Source: Heterodontus francisci (lineage: Eukaryota). From it: a DNA stretch of 64,000 nucleotides. How positions within the stretch are numbered: the stretch's first letter is position 1; each line of letters begins with the position of its first letter. Position numbers and translations under genes: made by a program. The stretch is from contig NC_090391.1 of assembly GCF_036365525.1 (NCBI RefSeq), forward strand, positions 61,152,591 to 61,216,590. Direction: 5' to 3'. The notes under the pieces were generated by a model. That model ran no database searches and was not told the origin of the DNA. It was given only the letters and a program-made list of their open reading frames with translations. This document shows positions 12,100-24,893 of this stretch, in pieces.

Positions 12100-13110
12100 T
12101 ATCTCATGGCAGTCATCCTTGTGCTTTTATCCCTCCTCCGTCTTCTACCACTGCCCATCCTGTCCGTGGGACCCCGTCTATCAATCTGCGGGATCTGTCC
12201 ATATAGAGGGTCATATCTGCCATTCAGAAGTCACGACAGCCATCTCAATTATCTGCATCAATCTGGTGTTGACAGCAAAGCTCATTTCACGTTCACAGCG
12301 GTCATCTCAAAATTTGCCAAGCCAAAAGCCATTCTAATCGGCCTCAAATATTGATCGACTGTCAGCCAATCGAGCCTCTTAGAACAGTAATGTTGATGCT
12401 GAACTTGTGCAATTCACAGTTGATCAATGTCTTCTCACGTACATTGTCTGTTGACTGTACTTCATTATGCATGGCAGGACATATGGTCCAGAATTTCCAG
12501 CTTCCAAGCTGCAAGATGTTCACCTTTCGTTTCATGGGTGGCCATTTACCGTCTGTTGTCAGCATAGGATCCCTAATCATCACGTATGCAAAAAGGAGGG
12601 CAAAAAATTGACTGGTCAGTAACTTATTGGCTGAGGTCTGCCCAGCTTTTGGCAGGCCGTGACTGAGCAATAGAATGGCCTGATTATTCACACCTTCGGA
12701 GACAATTCCTGGTGACCATCAATTACTCCAGTTGAGCTGAGCTTCTACCCAGTAAACTGCTCCCTCCTGTGTTGGTCCCCTCACTTGTCAAAGTAAATAT
12801 GAGGCTCACTCACCATTTTTAAATGTGAAGTGCCTTCTATATTTTCTTCTGGCTGCATTTCCTGGGCAACGTTTGGAGGCACCAACATCCGCGCCATCGA
12901 CAACTCCCTCTGGAGGTTATAGACTAAATCCAGTGGAAGGGCAAGAACCCCCTACGACTGGAGTGCAATCAGTTACAGGAATTGCATGAAGGTCCATGCG
13001 AAAAGGAAGCACTGCCACCAATAGTTCTCTGATGCAGTGTATTTGAATGTCCCGAGCCACGCCACAGGAAAATGAGCACTCTTTGACACTTAGCTAGGGC
13101 CTGTTTGATG
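12100..13110 (-). mobile_element. Degraded RTE LINE 5' UTR and endonuclease N-terminus
   Basis: ORF 12362-12691 LQLGSWKFWTIC...REKTLINCEL is a decayed ASWNVRT motif; homologous to 58830-59660. Confidence 0.65.
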
Positions 13111-13620
13111 TTCAGCAGAGCGTTTACACGCTGGAGGGGGGGGGGGGGCATTAGACCGCATTTCTGCCGCCCAAGGTTCCGCTGAGATTGCCTGCAGTAC
13201 AGCCTAGGGCCGGAGGGTGCCAAGTTCCTGTGTGTGATGGCAAAGACGCACTGATGTTGAGGCGCTATACTGAAAGAGATACTGACGGATTTTTCCCCCT
13301 TTTCGCAGTCAGCCTGCCAGTGAAGTGGATCATTCATACCTGTGCTGGCTCGCCAAAGGATCAATTTCCCAAGTGCCACTCCCATGCCTTCTCCACGTAA
13401 CCCGTAAAATTCTTACTTTTCAGATAATTATACAATTCCCTCTTGAATGCTTGAATTGAAACTAGCTCCACCAAAATCTCACGCAGCGAATTCCAGAACC
13501 TAACTACTTGTTGCTGGCAAACCTTTTTGCATGTCACCATTGCTTCATTCGCCAATTACCTTAAATCTGTGCGCACTCGATTTTCACCCATCAGCTCTGT
13601 CCAGAACCCTCATGATTTTT

Positions 13621-14670
13621 TTAGAACATTACAGCGCAGTACAGGCCCTTCGGTCCTCGATGTTGCGCCGACCTGTGAAACCATCTGACCTACACTATTC
13701 CATTTTCATCCATATGTCTATCCAATGACCACTTAAATGGCCTTAAAGTTGGAGAGTCTACTACTGTTGCAAGTAGGGCGTTCCACGCCCCTACTACTCT
13801 CTGAGTAAAGAAACTACCCCGAACATCTATCCCATATCTATCACCCCTCAACTTAAAGCTATGTCCCCTCGTGCTTGCCATCACCATCCGAGGAAAAGGA
13901 CTCTCACTATCCACCCTATCTAACCCTCTGATTATCTTATATGTCTCTATTAAGTCACCTCTCCTCCTCCTTCTCTCCAACGAAAACAACCACAAGTCCC
14001 TCAGCCTTTCCTCGTAAGACCTTCCCTCCATACCAGGCAACATCCTAGTAAATCTCCTCTGCACCCTTTCCAAAGCTTCCACATCCTTCCTATAATGCGG
14101 TGACCAGAACTGCATCTAATACCCCAGGTGCGGTCTCACCAGAGTTTTGTACAGCTGCAGCATGGCCGCGTGGCTCCGAAACTCGATCCCCCTACCAATA
14201 AAAGCTAACACACCATATGCCTTCTTAACAGCCCTATTAACCTGGGTAGCAACTTTCAGGAATTTATGTACCTGGACACCAAGATCTCTCTGATCATCTA
14301 CACTACCAATAATCTTCCCATTAGCCCAGTACTCTGCATTCCTGTTATTCCTTCCAAAGTGAATCACCTCACACTTTTCCGCATTAAACTCCATTTGCCA
14401 TCTCTCAGCCCAGCTCTGCAGCCTATCTATGTCCCTCTGTACCCTACAACATCCTTCGGCACTATCCACAACTCCACCGACCTTCGTGTCATCCGCAAAT
14501 TTACTAACCCACCCTTCTACACCCTCTTCCAGGTCATTTATAAAAATGACAAACAGCAGTGGCCCCAAAACAGATCCTTGCGGTACACCACTCGTAACTA
14601 AACTCCAGGATGAACATTTGCCATCAACCACCACCCTCTGTCTTCTTTCAGCTAGTCAATGTCTGATCCG
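13621..14670 (-). mobile_element. 5'-truncated CR1 (same subfamily as 18478 and 52575)
   Basis: ORFs 14116-14634 (VPQGSVLGP, FADD) and 13690-14115 are in frame, separated by one stop. Confidence 0.93.
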
Positions 14671-14694
14671 AAGCTCTCAATCACCTTCACCAGG

Positions 14695-15180
14695 TGATTC
14701 ACCAGGATGTTACTTGGGTTGGAGCATTTCAGCTATGAAGAGAGACGAGATAGGCTCGGGTTGTTTTCCTGAGAGCAGAGAGGGCTGAGGGGGGAACTGA
14801 TTGAGATATACAATATTATGAGGAGCATAGACAGGGTAGATAAGGAGAAACATTTTCCCTGAGCAGAGATGTCACTAACCAGGGGGCATAGATTTAATTT
14901 AAGTGGAAAGATGTTTCGAGCGGATTTGAGGAAATCAGATTTCACCTAGTTGGTGGTTGGAAACTGAAACACAATGCCTGTTGGGGTGGTAGAGGCAGGA
15001 ACCCTCAAAACATTTAAGAAGTGTTTAGATGAGCACTTGAAACGTCATAACGTACAATGCGATGGACCAAGCGCTGCAAAATGGGATTAGAGGAGTTAAG
15101 TGCTAGATGGCCATAATGCGAAGATTGGGCCTAAAGGCCTGTTCTGTATAACTGTATGACTCGATGTCTCTATGAGTCTA
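14695..15180 (+). mobile_element. Older CR1 3' fragment
   Basis: Decayed LGLFS.E.R.LRG.LIE.Y.I region with a degenerate 3' stem-loop. Confidence 0.75.
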
Positions 15181-16109
15181 ACCCTCCCTAACTCTGTACG
15201 CTCATCTCGCCCCATAAATTCGTCCCTCCTTTTGTAACCTCCTCCATTCCCTGCAACCCTCACTATCTCTGTGATATCCACCAACCCTACCATATTCCAT
15301 AACCCTAGAATGTCCTCCAGTGCTACAGCTCGTCCTCTGTAAACTACACCATCCTTGTCAAGACGCCTATCTTAATAGCATCATCAAGCTCCTACATGCA
15401 TGTCGGATATATGCACTCTTGCAAATTGAAAATCGTGCTTCCCGGATTCCCATTTCTCCACCAGCGATGGACGTGCATTCACGACTGACATACTACACTT
15501 TAGAATGCCCTCTTAACATTTCTTCACCTATATTCCCTGTAATTATCTGTCTGAGTATGCAGGCGATTTAAAAAAAAGTATATTCGTTTCAAATTTTCTG
15601 TGCTCCCATGCACACACATTGATTTAAAGGAGATGACCTGTTGCCTGTATGTGGAATTTCCATTGCTGCACTGCCATCCAGCCAAGAGAGAACATTGCCC
15701 CCTTCAGGGCGCTCATGAAGACCGATCTCTTGGACATGGCTTTTGCGCACCTCTACTAATATCTCCTTATGGATCAGTGTCAAACGATTGCCTGATTAAT
15801 GCCCCTGAGAAACACCTTACAATGATTTTGCCAATGTTCATCGGCGCTATAGGTATGTAAATTACTTATTATAAGCAAGCAGCTTGTTGCAATGGTTTGA
15901 ATGGTGTGAGGGATCTTTCAAATATCATCGAAACTGTGGCATGGCATCTACATTCTGGAAGATATGAGGGAAGAAAGAGTTTTTTCTCACATTTGCAGCC
16001 CTCTGCTGGCAAAGTAACTTATGGGCCATACGAATTCTGCACTTCCTCAACTGATTCAATGTACAGTGTAGAAACATTCAGTGTAGCCATACTCTGTGGC
16101 TGGATGAAA

Positions 16110-16462
16110 AAAAAGGAAAGGCAAGCTTTTTATACAGAGCTTTTCATAACAGCAATGCTTCCCAATGTACTTCACAGACAATGAAGGAACTGCCAGAGTG
16201 TTTTCACGCCGAGAAACAGTGTTTGCAGAGCAAGGGCCTAACAAGAGCAATGCGAGAACTGACCAGACTTCATCTGCATTTTTTTATGAGCATGGGTAAC
16301 TTAGAAATATTAGGCCTCAGGACACCGGGGAGAAGTCATTCTCTATTCCTGTTTCATAGTGGCCGTGGTATTTTTTGCATCCACTTGAGATGGAAGATGG
16401 ATCCTCAGTTTCACGTCTCATCCATACAAATGCCCATCCAACAATACAGCGCTCCCTCCATA
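16110..16462 (-). mobile_element. Degraded Deu-domain SINE (SacSINE1/AmnSINE1-like)
   Basis: GGACACCGGGGAGAA...ATAGTGGCCGTGG...CATCCAC.TGAGA...CGTCTCATCC resembles the reverse-complemented Deu domain as recalled; not aligned computationally. Confidence 0.6.
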
Positions 16463-17699
16463 CAAGAGCAACTTTAATTTATATGTCGGCTGAGTAAAAT
16501 GGCACCAGCCGCTTCACAGGGGCTTATCAAAATGAAGTATAACACTGAAGCAAGTAATGCAATCAAAGATCAGATGAATAAAAGCATGGTCAAAGAGGTT
16601 TTAAGCAGTGTCTTAAATGAGGAAAACTCGGTAGTGAGGGGGAGAGGTATAGGGAGGGTTCTCCATAGGTTGAGACCTAGGCAACAGAAGGTGCAACAAA
16701 GGTGGTATGATTTCAATCAGGGATGAACAACGGACAGAATTAGTAGAGTGCAAAGACCTTGGAGCGTTGTGGGTTTGGAGGAGATTACAGAGATATGCAG
16801 AGGTGGGCACATGGGTTGTTTTGGAATAAAAGATGGTGATTATACAATTAAGAGGTTGTTTGATAGAAAGCCAATGTCGATCAGCGAGGTCAGTTGGGAT
16901 AGAATTGCTGCGAGTTATGCCACGAGTAGTGTGTAGACTGCCTCAGCATTATGGAGAAGAGAATGTGGGAGACGTGGCATGACTGCTTGTCAAAACAATT
17001 ATAACCAATTTGGAGGAACATTTAATTTTAAGCCATTAGAGATAAAAAGGAACCTACAAATCTGGAACCATAAACCAGCGAAATCGTGAAATAATTGGCG
17101 AGTTCATTGTGGTGCTTAAGATGGTGTATATTTTTAGAGCGTGCTCTATAAGATAGATTTGTATTTGGATTGATAAACGAATGAATTCAGTCACAATCAA
17201 TCTCCACAAATAAGGTTACGTTTGATCTAGCTTGCACGATTTTTTTCTCCCATGAAAATGGCCTTACGGAATTCAATAGAATATTATCCTATGTTATCCA
17301 GTAAATATGCTGTCCTCTTTCATGAGGATACTAGCAACTCTAAAATGGAATATCGGATTAAAAGACAACAGCTGATATAGGTTTATTGACTTATCATCTC
17401 TGGAAGGGAAAGCATACAGCACAAGCAAGTCAGTGTAGATTTTTTTTAACTACCAAAAGATACACCACATTGCAATTGCTTGCCAAGCAAACTCTTCAAG
17501 TGAATACAGAATGCCTTAGCAGAGAACAATGAGGATTGTGCGAAATATATGCCACTAGTAATAGCTTCAATTGCAGAAACCATGGTCAAAATGTGTTGAT
17601 AAATTAACGTGCATTGATAATGCTGCAGATTGCACTTTTACAACTGGAGCTATTTATGAGAGCAGATTCATTGTCAAACCTCTTACACAGTCCAGTTGA

Positions 17700-19940
17700 A
17701 ATCCTACTCTGGTGAGGTGTTAGAAACGTGTGGATTAATGAAATGCAACGTCCGTCATGAGGGCACGTCCCTCATGTTACTCACATTTTGGAGAAATATG
17801 TCAACAAATCAACTTCTTTGTACGCTGACATTTGACTGGACGTTGAGACGACCAGGAGCTTAACCAGCTATTGAATAGCTGCAGAAACATTTCTGAGAAT
17901 TGCACTGAAGGCATAATTGGTGTGAAAGCCCACATCTGAATTGGGCTCGGTACAAAACTAATATATTGCAAGCTTAGGCCGGTACCTTATGCATTCAAAA
18001 TCCAGATGGAAGAGGAAATAAAGAAGCGAGAGAGGCAGACGGTGATTGATCAGCCTCAATTCTATCAGCACCTATGTCGGACGAAACAACAAGACTACGT
18101 GAGCACTGTAAAGTCACAATCAGCCAGGCAGCAGATGATGAAGATTATCCACGATGGACCTCTCATAATTTGTACGTTTAGTAAGTGGGTTCCAAGCTAT
18201 TCAGGCACTTGGATTTGTCCCATGCTCATGCACAGCTCAATATAGATTGAGATAGTCAGCAGTATCTCACTATAATGGCATACATGGAGTTATTCCCCTG
18301 TACATAGCTGGCCTATGGTCTGACGATTTCTCCAATAATCTTCCAAGGGACAATGGATAAGATTTGTCAAGGAGTGCCTCATTGCTGTGCAATCAGGATG
18401 ATGTGCTCATCATGACCACAACAGAAGATGATAAACTTCAAGAGCTGGTTGGAGTGTTACAAAGGTCCGATGACCTTTAGTTCAGTTACGAGTGGTGTTG
18501 CGCAAGGATCTGTTTTGGGGCCACTGCTGTTTGTCATTTTTATAAATGACCTGGATGAAGGTGTAGTAGGGTGGGTTAGTAAATTTGCGGATGACACGAA
18601 GGTCGGTGGAGTTGTGGATAGTGCCGAAGGATGTTGTAGGTTACAGAGGGACATAGATAGGCTGCAGAGCAGGGCTGAGAGATGGCAAATGGAGTTTAAT
18701 GCGGAAATTTGTGAGGTGATTCACTTTGGAAGGAATAACAGGAATGCAGAGTACTGGGCTAATGGGAAGATTCTTGGTAGTGTAGATGAGCAGAGAGAAC
18801 TTGATGTCCAGGTACATAAATCCCTGAAAGTTGCCACCCAGGTTAATAGGGCTGTTAAGAAGGCATATGGAGTGTTAGCTTTCATTCGTAGGGGGATCGA
18901 GTTTCGGAGCCACGAGGTCATGCTGCAGCTGCACAGAACTCGGGTGCGGCCGCACCTTGAGTATTGCATGCAGTTCTGGTCACCACATTATAGGAAGGAT
19001 GTGGAAGCTTTGGAGAGGGTGTAGAGGAGATTTACTAGGATGTTGTCTGGTATGGAGGAAAGGTCTTACGAGGAAAGGCTGAGGGACTTGAGGTTGTTTT
19101 AGTTAGAGAGAAGGTGGAGGAGAGGTGACTTAATAGAGACATATAAGATAATCAGAGGGTTAGATAGGGTGGATATTGAGAGTCTTTTTCCTCGGATGGT
19201 GATGGCAAACACGAGGAGACATAGCTTTAAGTTGAGGGGTGATAGATATAGGACAGATGTCAAAGGTAGTTTCTTTACTCAGAGAGTAGTAGGGGCGTGG
19301 AACGCCCTGCCTGCAACAGTAGTAGACTCGCCAACTTTAAGGGCATTTAAGTGGTCATTGGATAGACATATGGATCAAAATGGAATAGTGTAGGTCAGAT
19401 GGTTTCACAGGTCGGCGCAACATCGAGGGCCGAAGGGCCTGTACTGCGCTGTAATGTTCTATGTTCTGTGTTCTATCACAATGTGAATTTGAAAAATAGA
19501 AAGGTTGCTTTCACGCCATTTGAGTTTGAATACATTGGATTGAAAATCAGAAGAAGCTAAGGGCTGCGCTCAATGCCCTAAAGCCAAACAATGTCCCTGG
19601 TTGTGGAATATTTCTAGCCATGGTCCAATTCTACTCGTTATCTCGACCTCAGCCTTCAACAGTGTGAGCTCCACTACACGATACGGTCGAGAAAATTGTG
19701 AAATTTGCGATTTTAGGAATGACAACAAAATGATTATGAAGCACGAGAAGGAAGATTTACTCTCAATTCCTCAGTCCTTCAGTAAGAGAAAAAGCATGGC
19801 CTAAATCTAGCATGTGATGCTTCGAACTATGGAGCTAGAACAGTGATCAGTCATGTAGTAGATGATCATCAAGAGAAGTACAGAGCATTCGCATTATGTA
19901 TGCCAAACGACAGTGAACGTTACTAGGTGCAGATAGAAGT
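17700..19940 (+). mobile_element. Degraded Ty3/Gypsy pol (RT and RNase H), split by a CR1
   Basis: Decayed motifs CKxRPVPYA, LDLSHA, LAYG...SP.IFQGTMD, DDVLI, then LACDASNYG..VISHV and QIE. Confidence 0.7.
18478..19476 (+). mobile_element. 5'-truncated CR1 inserted in the Gypsy RT
   Basis: ORFs 18428-19024 and 19169-19393; stem-loop and (GTTCTAT)n tail. Confidence 0.92.
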
Positions 19941-20466
19941 GAAAGCAGCTGATGGCAGGGCCACCAGTGGTGCAGTGATTAAGATTAGGGATACTAAAGT
20001 GACCAGAATTAGTGGAGCACAGAGATCCTCTAAGGTGGTAGGGACTGGAAGAGGTTTCAGAGATTGAAATGATTTTAGGGACTGGAGGATGTGACAGAGA
20101 GTGGAGGGGATCGAGGGTCTGGAGGAGTTTAAAGAGTTGGTAAGGGTTATAGAGACTGGACGGGGTCACAGAGATAAGGAAGGACGTACTGCTGCAGAGA
20201 TTACAAAGATATGAGCGAGGCCATACCTGAATTTAAGAAGAAGAATAAACATTTAAAATCCAAGTGTTGCTTGCCATTGGTGCCAGGGTAGCTCAGCGAA
20301 CACAAGGAGGATGGGTGAACGCGACTCAGTGTGAATGAATGCACGTGCAGCAGGGCTTTGAATGATCTCAAGTTTACAGAGGTGAGAATGTGTGAGGCTG
20401 GCCAGGAATATGTTAGAATAGTCAAGTCAAGAGGAAACAATGGCATTTTTGGTAGTTTCACCAGTA

Positions 20467-21072
20467 TACATAGAAAATAGGAGCAGAAGTATGTCATTCG
20501 TCCCTTCGGGCCAGCTCTGCCACTCATAAAAGATCATGGCTGATCATCTAATTCAGTATCCTGTTCCCGTGTTTTCCCCATATCCCTTGATTTCGTTGGC
20601 ATTAAGAGGTATGTCTATCCCCTTCCTGAATAGATATAATGTATATGCCCTCCACTGCCTTCTGTGGTAGAGAATTCCACAGGTTCACCACCGTTTGATT
20701 GAAGAAATTTCTCCTCAAATCGATTCTCAATGGCGTGCCCGGTATCCTGAGACTGTGAACCTTGGTTACGGACTCCCCAGCCATCGGGACCATTCTCCCT
20801 GCATCCAGCCTGTCTAGTCCTGTTCGAATGTTATGAGTTTCTATGAGATCCCCTCTCCTTCTTCTAATCTCTGGTGCATATAGGCCTAGTTGACCCAATC
20901 TCTCCTCATATGTCAATCCTGCCATTCCAGGAATTCGCTGAGTAAATCTTCTTTGCGCTCCCTCAATGGCAAGCACTTCAGATAAGGAGAACAAAACTGC
21001 ACACAATCCTCCAGATGTAGTCTCACCAAGGCCCTGTATAACTGCAATAACACATCATTGCTCCTGTACTCA
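20467..21072 (-). mobile_element. CR1 3' fragment inserted in an old L2
   Basis: ORF 20602-21006 (QRRFT..IPG...YEERL..LGL, WNSLP); absent from the paralogous block near 61550. Confidence 0.85.
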
Positions 21073-21546
21073 AAGCTGTGTCAATGGTGAAGTGGAACAA
21101 TGATAGAAAGGTTGACGTTGGTGGCTTGACTGATGGTTTGGATATGTTGTCAGACCTTGGTCTTAAGAACACATTTAAGACCAAAGTTTGAACAATCTGG
21201 TTCATCCTCAGCCTTAGCCAAGATGAAGAATCAACCAAAGGATAAATCCTTTGGGGAGAACAGAGAAAACGGTACAGGAGCATGAAAAGAGGCAATTATA
21301 AGTGACAGCCCAGCTATGGCTATATAAATAAGAATAAGTGCAAGTGCCCCTATGTGGATGGCAGTGGAGCTTCTTCAGAATGTGATGGTGTGGTCAACAG
21401 TGCCACAGGCCGCAGAGAAGTCGAGAAGGGCGAGAGGGTTCAGTTTTTATTCCACAGTCTGTACGATAAGATGTCTTTTGTAACTTTGATAAGAGAAGTG
21501 TTATAATTTTGGTCGGGATCGAGACCAAGACGATAAAAGTTCGAAC

Positions 21547-22551
21547 ATGCAGTTGCGGGACCCTTCTCTCACCATTACATGGTCCATCTCTGACACTTCC
21601 CTTCCCTTCCTCGACTTCTCTGTCTCCATCTCTGGGGATAGGTTGTCTACCAATATCCATTATAAGCCCACTGACTCCCACAGCTACCTCGACTACACTT
21701 CTTCACACCCTACCTCCTGTAAGGACTCCATTCCATTCTCCCAGTTTCTCCGTCTCCGACGCATCTGCTCTGATGATGCTACCTTCCATGACGGTGCTTC
21801 TGATATGACCTCCTTTTTCCTCAACCGAGGATTTCCCCCCACTGTGGTTGACAGGGCCCTCAACCGTGTCCGACCCATTCCCCGCACCTCTACCCTCAAC
21901 CCTTCCCCTCCCTCCCAGAACCGTGACAGGGTTCCCCTTGTCCTCACTTTTCATCCCACCAGCCTCCATATCCAAAGGATCATCCTCCGCCATTTTCGCC
22001 ACCTCCAGCGTGATGCCACTACCAGTCGCATCTTCCCCTCCCTTCCCCTGTCAGCATTCCGAAGGGATCGTTCCCTCCGCGACACCCTGGTCCACTCCTC
22101 CATTACCCCCACCACCTCGTCCCCGTCCCAGGGCACCTTCCCTTGCAATCGCAGGAGGTGTAATACCTGCCCATTTACCTCCTCTCTCCTCACTATCCCA
22201 GGCCCCAAACACTCCTTTCAGGTGAAGCAGCGATTTACTTGTACTTCTTTCAATGTAGTATACTGTATTCGCTGCTCACAGTGTGGTCTCCTCTACATTG
22301 GGGAGACCAAGCGCAGACTGGGTGACCGCTTTGCGGAACATCTCCGCTCAGTCCGCAAGCAGGATCCTGAGCTTCCGGTTGCTTGCCATTTCAACACTCC
22401 CCCCTGCTCTCATGCTCACATCTCTGTCCTGGGATTGCTGCAGTGTTCCAGTGAACATCAACGCAAGCTCGAGGAACAGCATCTCATCTACCGATTAGGC
22501 ACACTACAGCCTGCCGGACTGAACATTGAGTTCAATAATTTCAGAGCATGA
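21547..22551 (+). CDS. Penelope RT C-terminus/thumb, Cys linker and GIY-YIG endonuclease (334 aa; ATG comes from the TSD)
   Basis: PFLD, IHYKPT, CNRRRCNTC, NVVYCIRC..C..LYIGET.R.L..RF.EH, E..LI..L.T..P.GLN; no stops. Expression is unknown. Confidence 0.6.
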   Translation: MQLRDPSLTITWSISDTSLPFLDFSVSISGDRLSTNIHYKPTDSHSYLDYTSSHPTSCKDSIPFSQFLRLRRICSDDATFHDGASDMTSFFLNRGFPPTVVDRALNRVRPIPRTSTLNPSPPSQNRDRVPLVLTFHPTSLHIQRIILRHFRHLQRDATTSRIFPSLPLSAFRRDRSLRDTLVHSSITPTTSSPSQGTFPCNRRRCNTCPFTSSLLTIPGPKHSFQVKQRFTCTSFNVVYCIRCSQCGLLYIGETKRRLGDRFAEHLRSVRKQDPELPVACHFNTPPCSHAHISVLGLLQCSSEHQRKLEEQHLIYRLGTLQPAGLNIEFNNFRA

Positions 22552-23055
22552 CAGCCCCCCACTTTACTTTCATTTTTAGTCATTTTTAGTTATTTTTTCT
22601 TCCTTTTTTTGCATTCCTTTATACATTTTTTGCATTTATTTCATTTCATCTTAGTTTGTTCAGTTTGCTTACCCACTGTTTTTTTCAGGTTGTTTTTCTT
22701 CAGGTTTGCACTTGCTGATGTTCTATATTCAGTATATTCACACCTAATCTGTACTAATGCTTTGTCTTTCAAAACACCATTAACATATTGTTTGCCTTTG
22801 CTCCATGACCTTTTGGTCAGCTATGTGGCCTGGTCCAATCTGCACCTTCTCCTTTGTTATCTCTTGCCCAACCCCCACCTCACTTGTTTATAATCTGTGA
22901 CTTTTCTAATATTTGTCAGTTCCGAAGAAGGGTCACTGACCCGAAACGTTAACTCTGCTTCTCTTTCCACAGATGCTGCCAGACCTGCTGAGTGAATCCA
23001 GCATTTCTTGTTTTTGTTTCAGATTTCCAGCATCCGCAGTATTTTGCTTTTATTT
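21561..23055 (+). mobile_element. 5'-truncated Penelope-like element with 14-bp TSD
   Basis: TSD ATGCAGTTGCGGGA at 21547-21560 and 23056-23069; contains the RT-thumb/GIY-YIG ORF and a 3' terminal repeat. Confidence 0.93.
22918..22954 (+). ncRNA. Minimal type-I hammerhead ribozyme motif
   Basis: Stem I AGUU/AACU, core CCGAAGA (U4C variant) plus an extra A, stem II GGGUC/GACCC, GAAA, palindromic ACGU stem III; predicted cleavage after GUU at 22950. Confidence 0.7.
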
Positions 23056-23204
23056 ATGCAGTTGCGGGATACTGAAGCACGGATTTTAGCGGTGGCAGCA
23101 CGTTCCAGGACTTTGGATAGGATAGGGAGGTTGGATTTGAGACAGTAACTTGAAAGGACGGAGGTACCAAGTATGTTTTTTTTCTAATGAGGAAAAGGGT
23201 GTTA

Positions 23205-23398
23205 ACCACAATGGCCAGATGTGTTTTTGCAACAAATGGCAAATGTTTCATGGTCACCATGAGGCAAATGTTTAATTCTAGATTTTTTAGTTGAATTGAA
23301 ATGTAACCGTCTACCGTGGTGGGATTCGAACTCATGTTCTAAGTCCATCAACCTGGGTTCTGGATGACTACACCAGTGACAACATTGTCATGCCACTG
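23205..23398 (-). mobile_element. Degraded tRNA-SINE of the 11096-11498 family
   Basis: GTGGTGGGATTCGAAC B-box region and CATGGTCACCAT segment match that family. Confidence 0.65.
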
Positions 23399-23982
23399 TT
23401 TCGATCTCAACCCTGTCCTTTCCTGCACTGAGCCTCTACCACTCGTTCGAGTCCAGTCCCGGCTCCCCACCAGTGTTTTCGGGTGGGCTTGTCCAGGTGC
23501 AAATCCCCCGAAACTACCATATGACTCATGGGGAGTGTGCACGTGTCGGAGAGGGAGAGAGATGGCTCTGACTGTTCGGGAGTTGTTTTGGAGATCGAAT
23601 TTTCTCTCAAATAAAAAAAAGTAAGAATTAATTGGCACGAGTTTTCAAACAGCTGCATCATTTTTCTTTTTAGTTATAGATTTTGATTTTCTGAGCTTGT
23701 GTGAGGAGCTGAGAATAAATTGTGCAGGTGCAGAGGCATTGGCTGCTGTGCCCTCTCCTGTCCTGAAAGGGGCGCTCTAACCCAACACCTCGACCTTTGC
23801 ATCATGTGCACAAAATTTCACTTTGTGCCTGCCATGCTGCTGCCGTGTGGCACGTATGACCATCCATAAACCAACTCTCCCATTGCACGTCCAATCAACT
23901 AGCTGAAGGTCAACTCTTTCCAGTTCCAGAAACGTATTGCATTCATAGGCTGGAAACACCGAGAGGTTCCATTGGGCCGCTC

Positions 23983-24893
23983 TCAGTTGGTTTGTGTATA
24001 CATTAATTGGGCTATTGATGTAACCAGATGTTTCATTGCACTCTTGACTTGCTCTCTGAACTTTGACTGAGTCACACCATAAATGAAGGTATTTGTGCAG
24101 CAACTTAAATTCATCAACATCAAGCCGACTCTTTCAAGTATGAATTCAGAATTATTGTAATTCCTGGGAGTTGTTCTTGCAATGTTGTAGTATAAGAATT
24201 CTATAACATACACCAGCCACAGAAGTATGAAGCTTCCAGATATGCTGAAGAGCAAAATCACAGACCTCCTTCTGCTCTCCATTTCAGGGTCACTGCGATT
24301 CTCTCCGCTGATCTGAAACCTCAATCCCATCCGGACTCTACTGGCCACGATAATGTGTCTGACAGTCAGAGCATTGAGCAAAAGAATTAAAACGAATGGG
24401 AGTAACGGTGTTGAAACCGCATCAAACCAATCAAATGCCACCCATCCTGGCTCAGTATAATAGTTTGGATTTGTATAACAATCCCATGGTACATTGTTGA
24501 TTACCTCTCCAGATACATATATAAAGTAGGAAGGAACATTTTTGAAACAGAGCAGAGTGCACGTTGTTGTTAGAATCACAGCTGCAGTTTTCTCAGTGCA
24601 GTATTTTGTTTTCAGCTTCCGACAACAAATAGCTACAAATCGATCAAAGGAGAATGTGACAGTGAACCAGACAGAACATTCTTTTGCCGCAAATCTGAAG
24701 ACAGCAATAACACTACAAACAGGGGTGATGTACAGGAAAGATCTGCGGAAATAATAATAACCAATTCGCCACAGTATGATGTCATTGATAATAAACAATA
24801 GATCCGCTATTGCCATGGCCACCAGGTAGCGAGTCGTGCAGGTGGAGAGGCCGCACTTTCTCCTTGACAGGATCATAATCGCCAGTAAATTAA
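23983..24893 (-). CDS. Exon 2 of a GPR139/GPR142-like class A orphan GPCR
   Basis: Acceptor ...TTTCCCTTACAG at 24894, then (V)NLLAIMILSRRKCGLS..TRYLVAMAIADLL, TPVC, SFDRFVAIC, TPLLPF, SGSFILLW, CTNTFIY; TGA at 23985-23983. Seven hydrophobic helices together with exon 1. Confidence 0.93.

Larger units (their letters stand above)
19830..23874 (+). repeat. Segmental duplication, copy A (paralogous to 60578-62990)
   Basis: Shared anchors GAGCTAGAACAGTGATCAGTCATGTA, GGGGTCACAGAGATAAGGAA, GGTGCAAATCCCCC, GTGAGGAGCTGAGAATAAAT and CGTATGACCA occur in the same order in both copies. Confidence 0.85.

Noticed and set aside
13135-13148. Poly-G runs (also about 26422-26450) as functional G-quadruplex elements
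   Set aside because: They are simple homopolymer-rich tracts with no supporting context.
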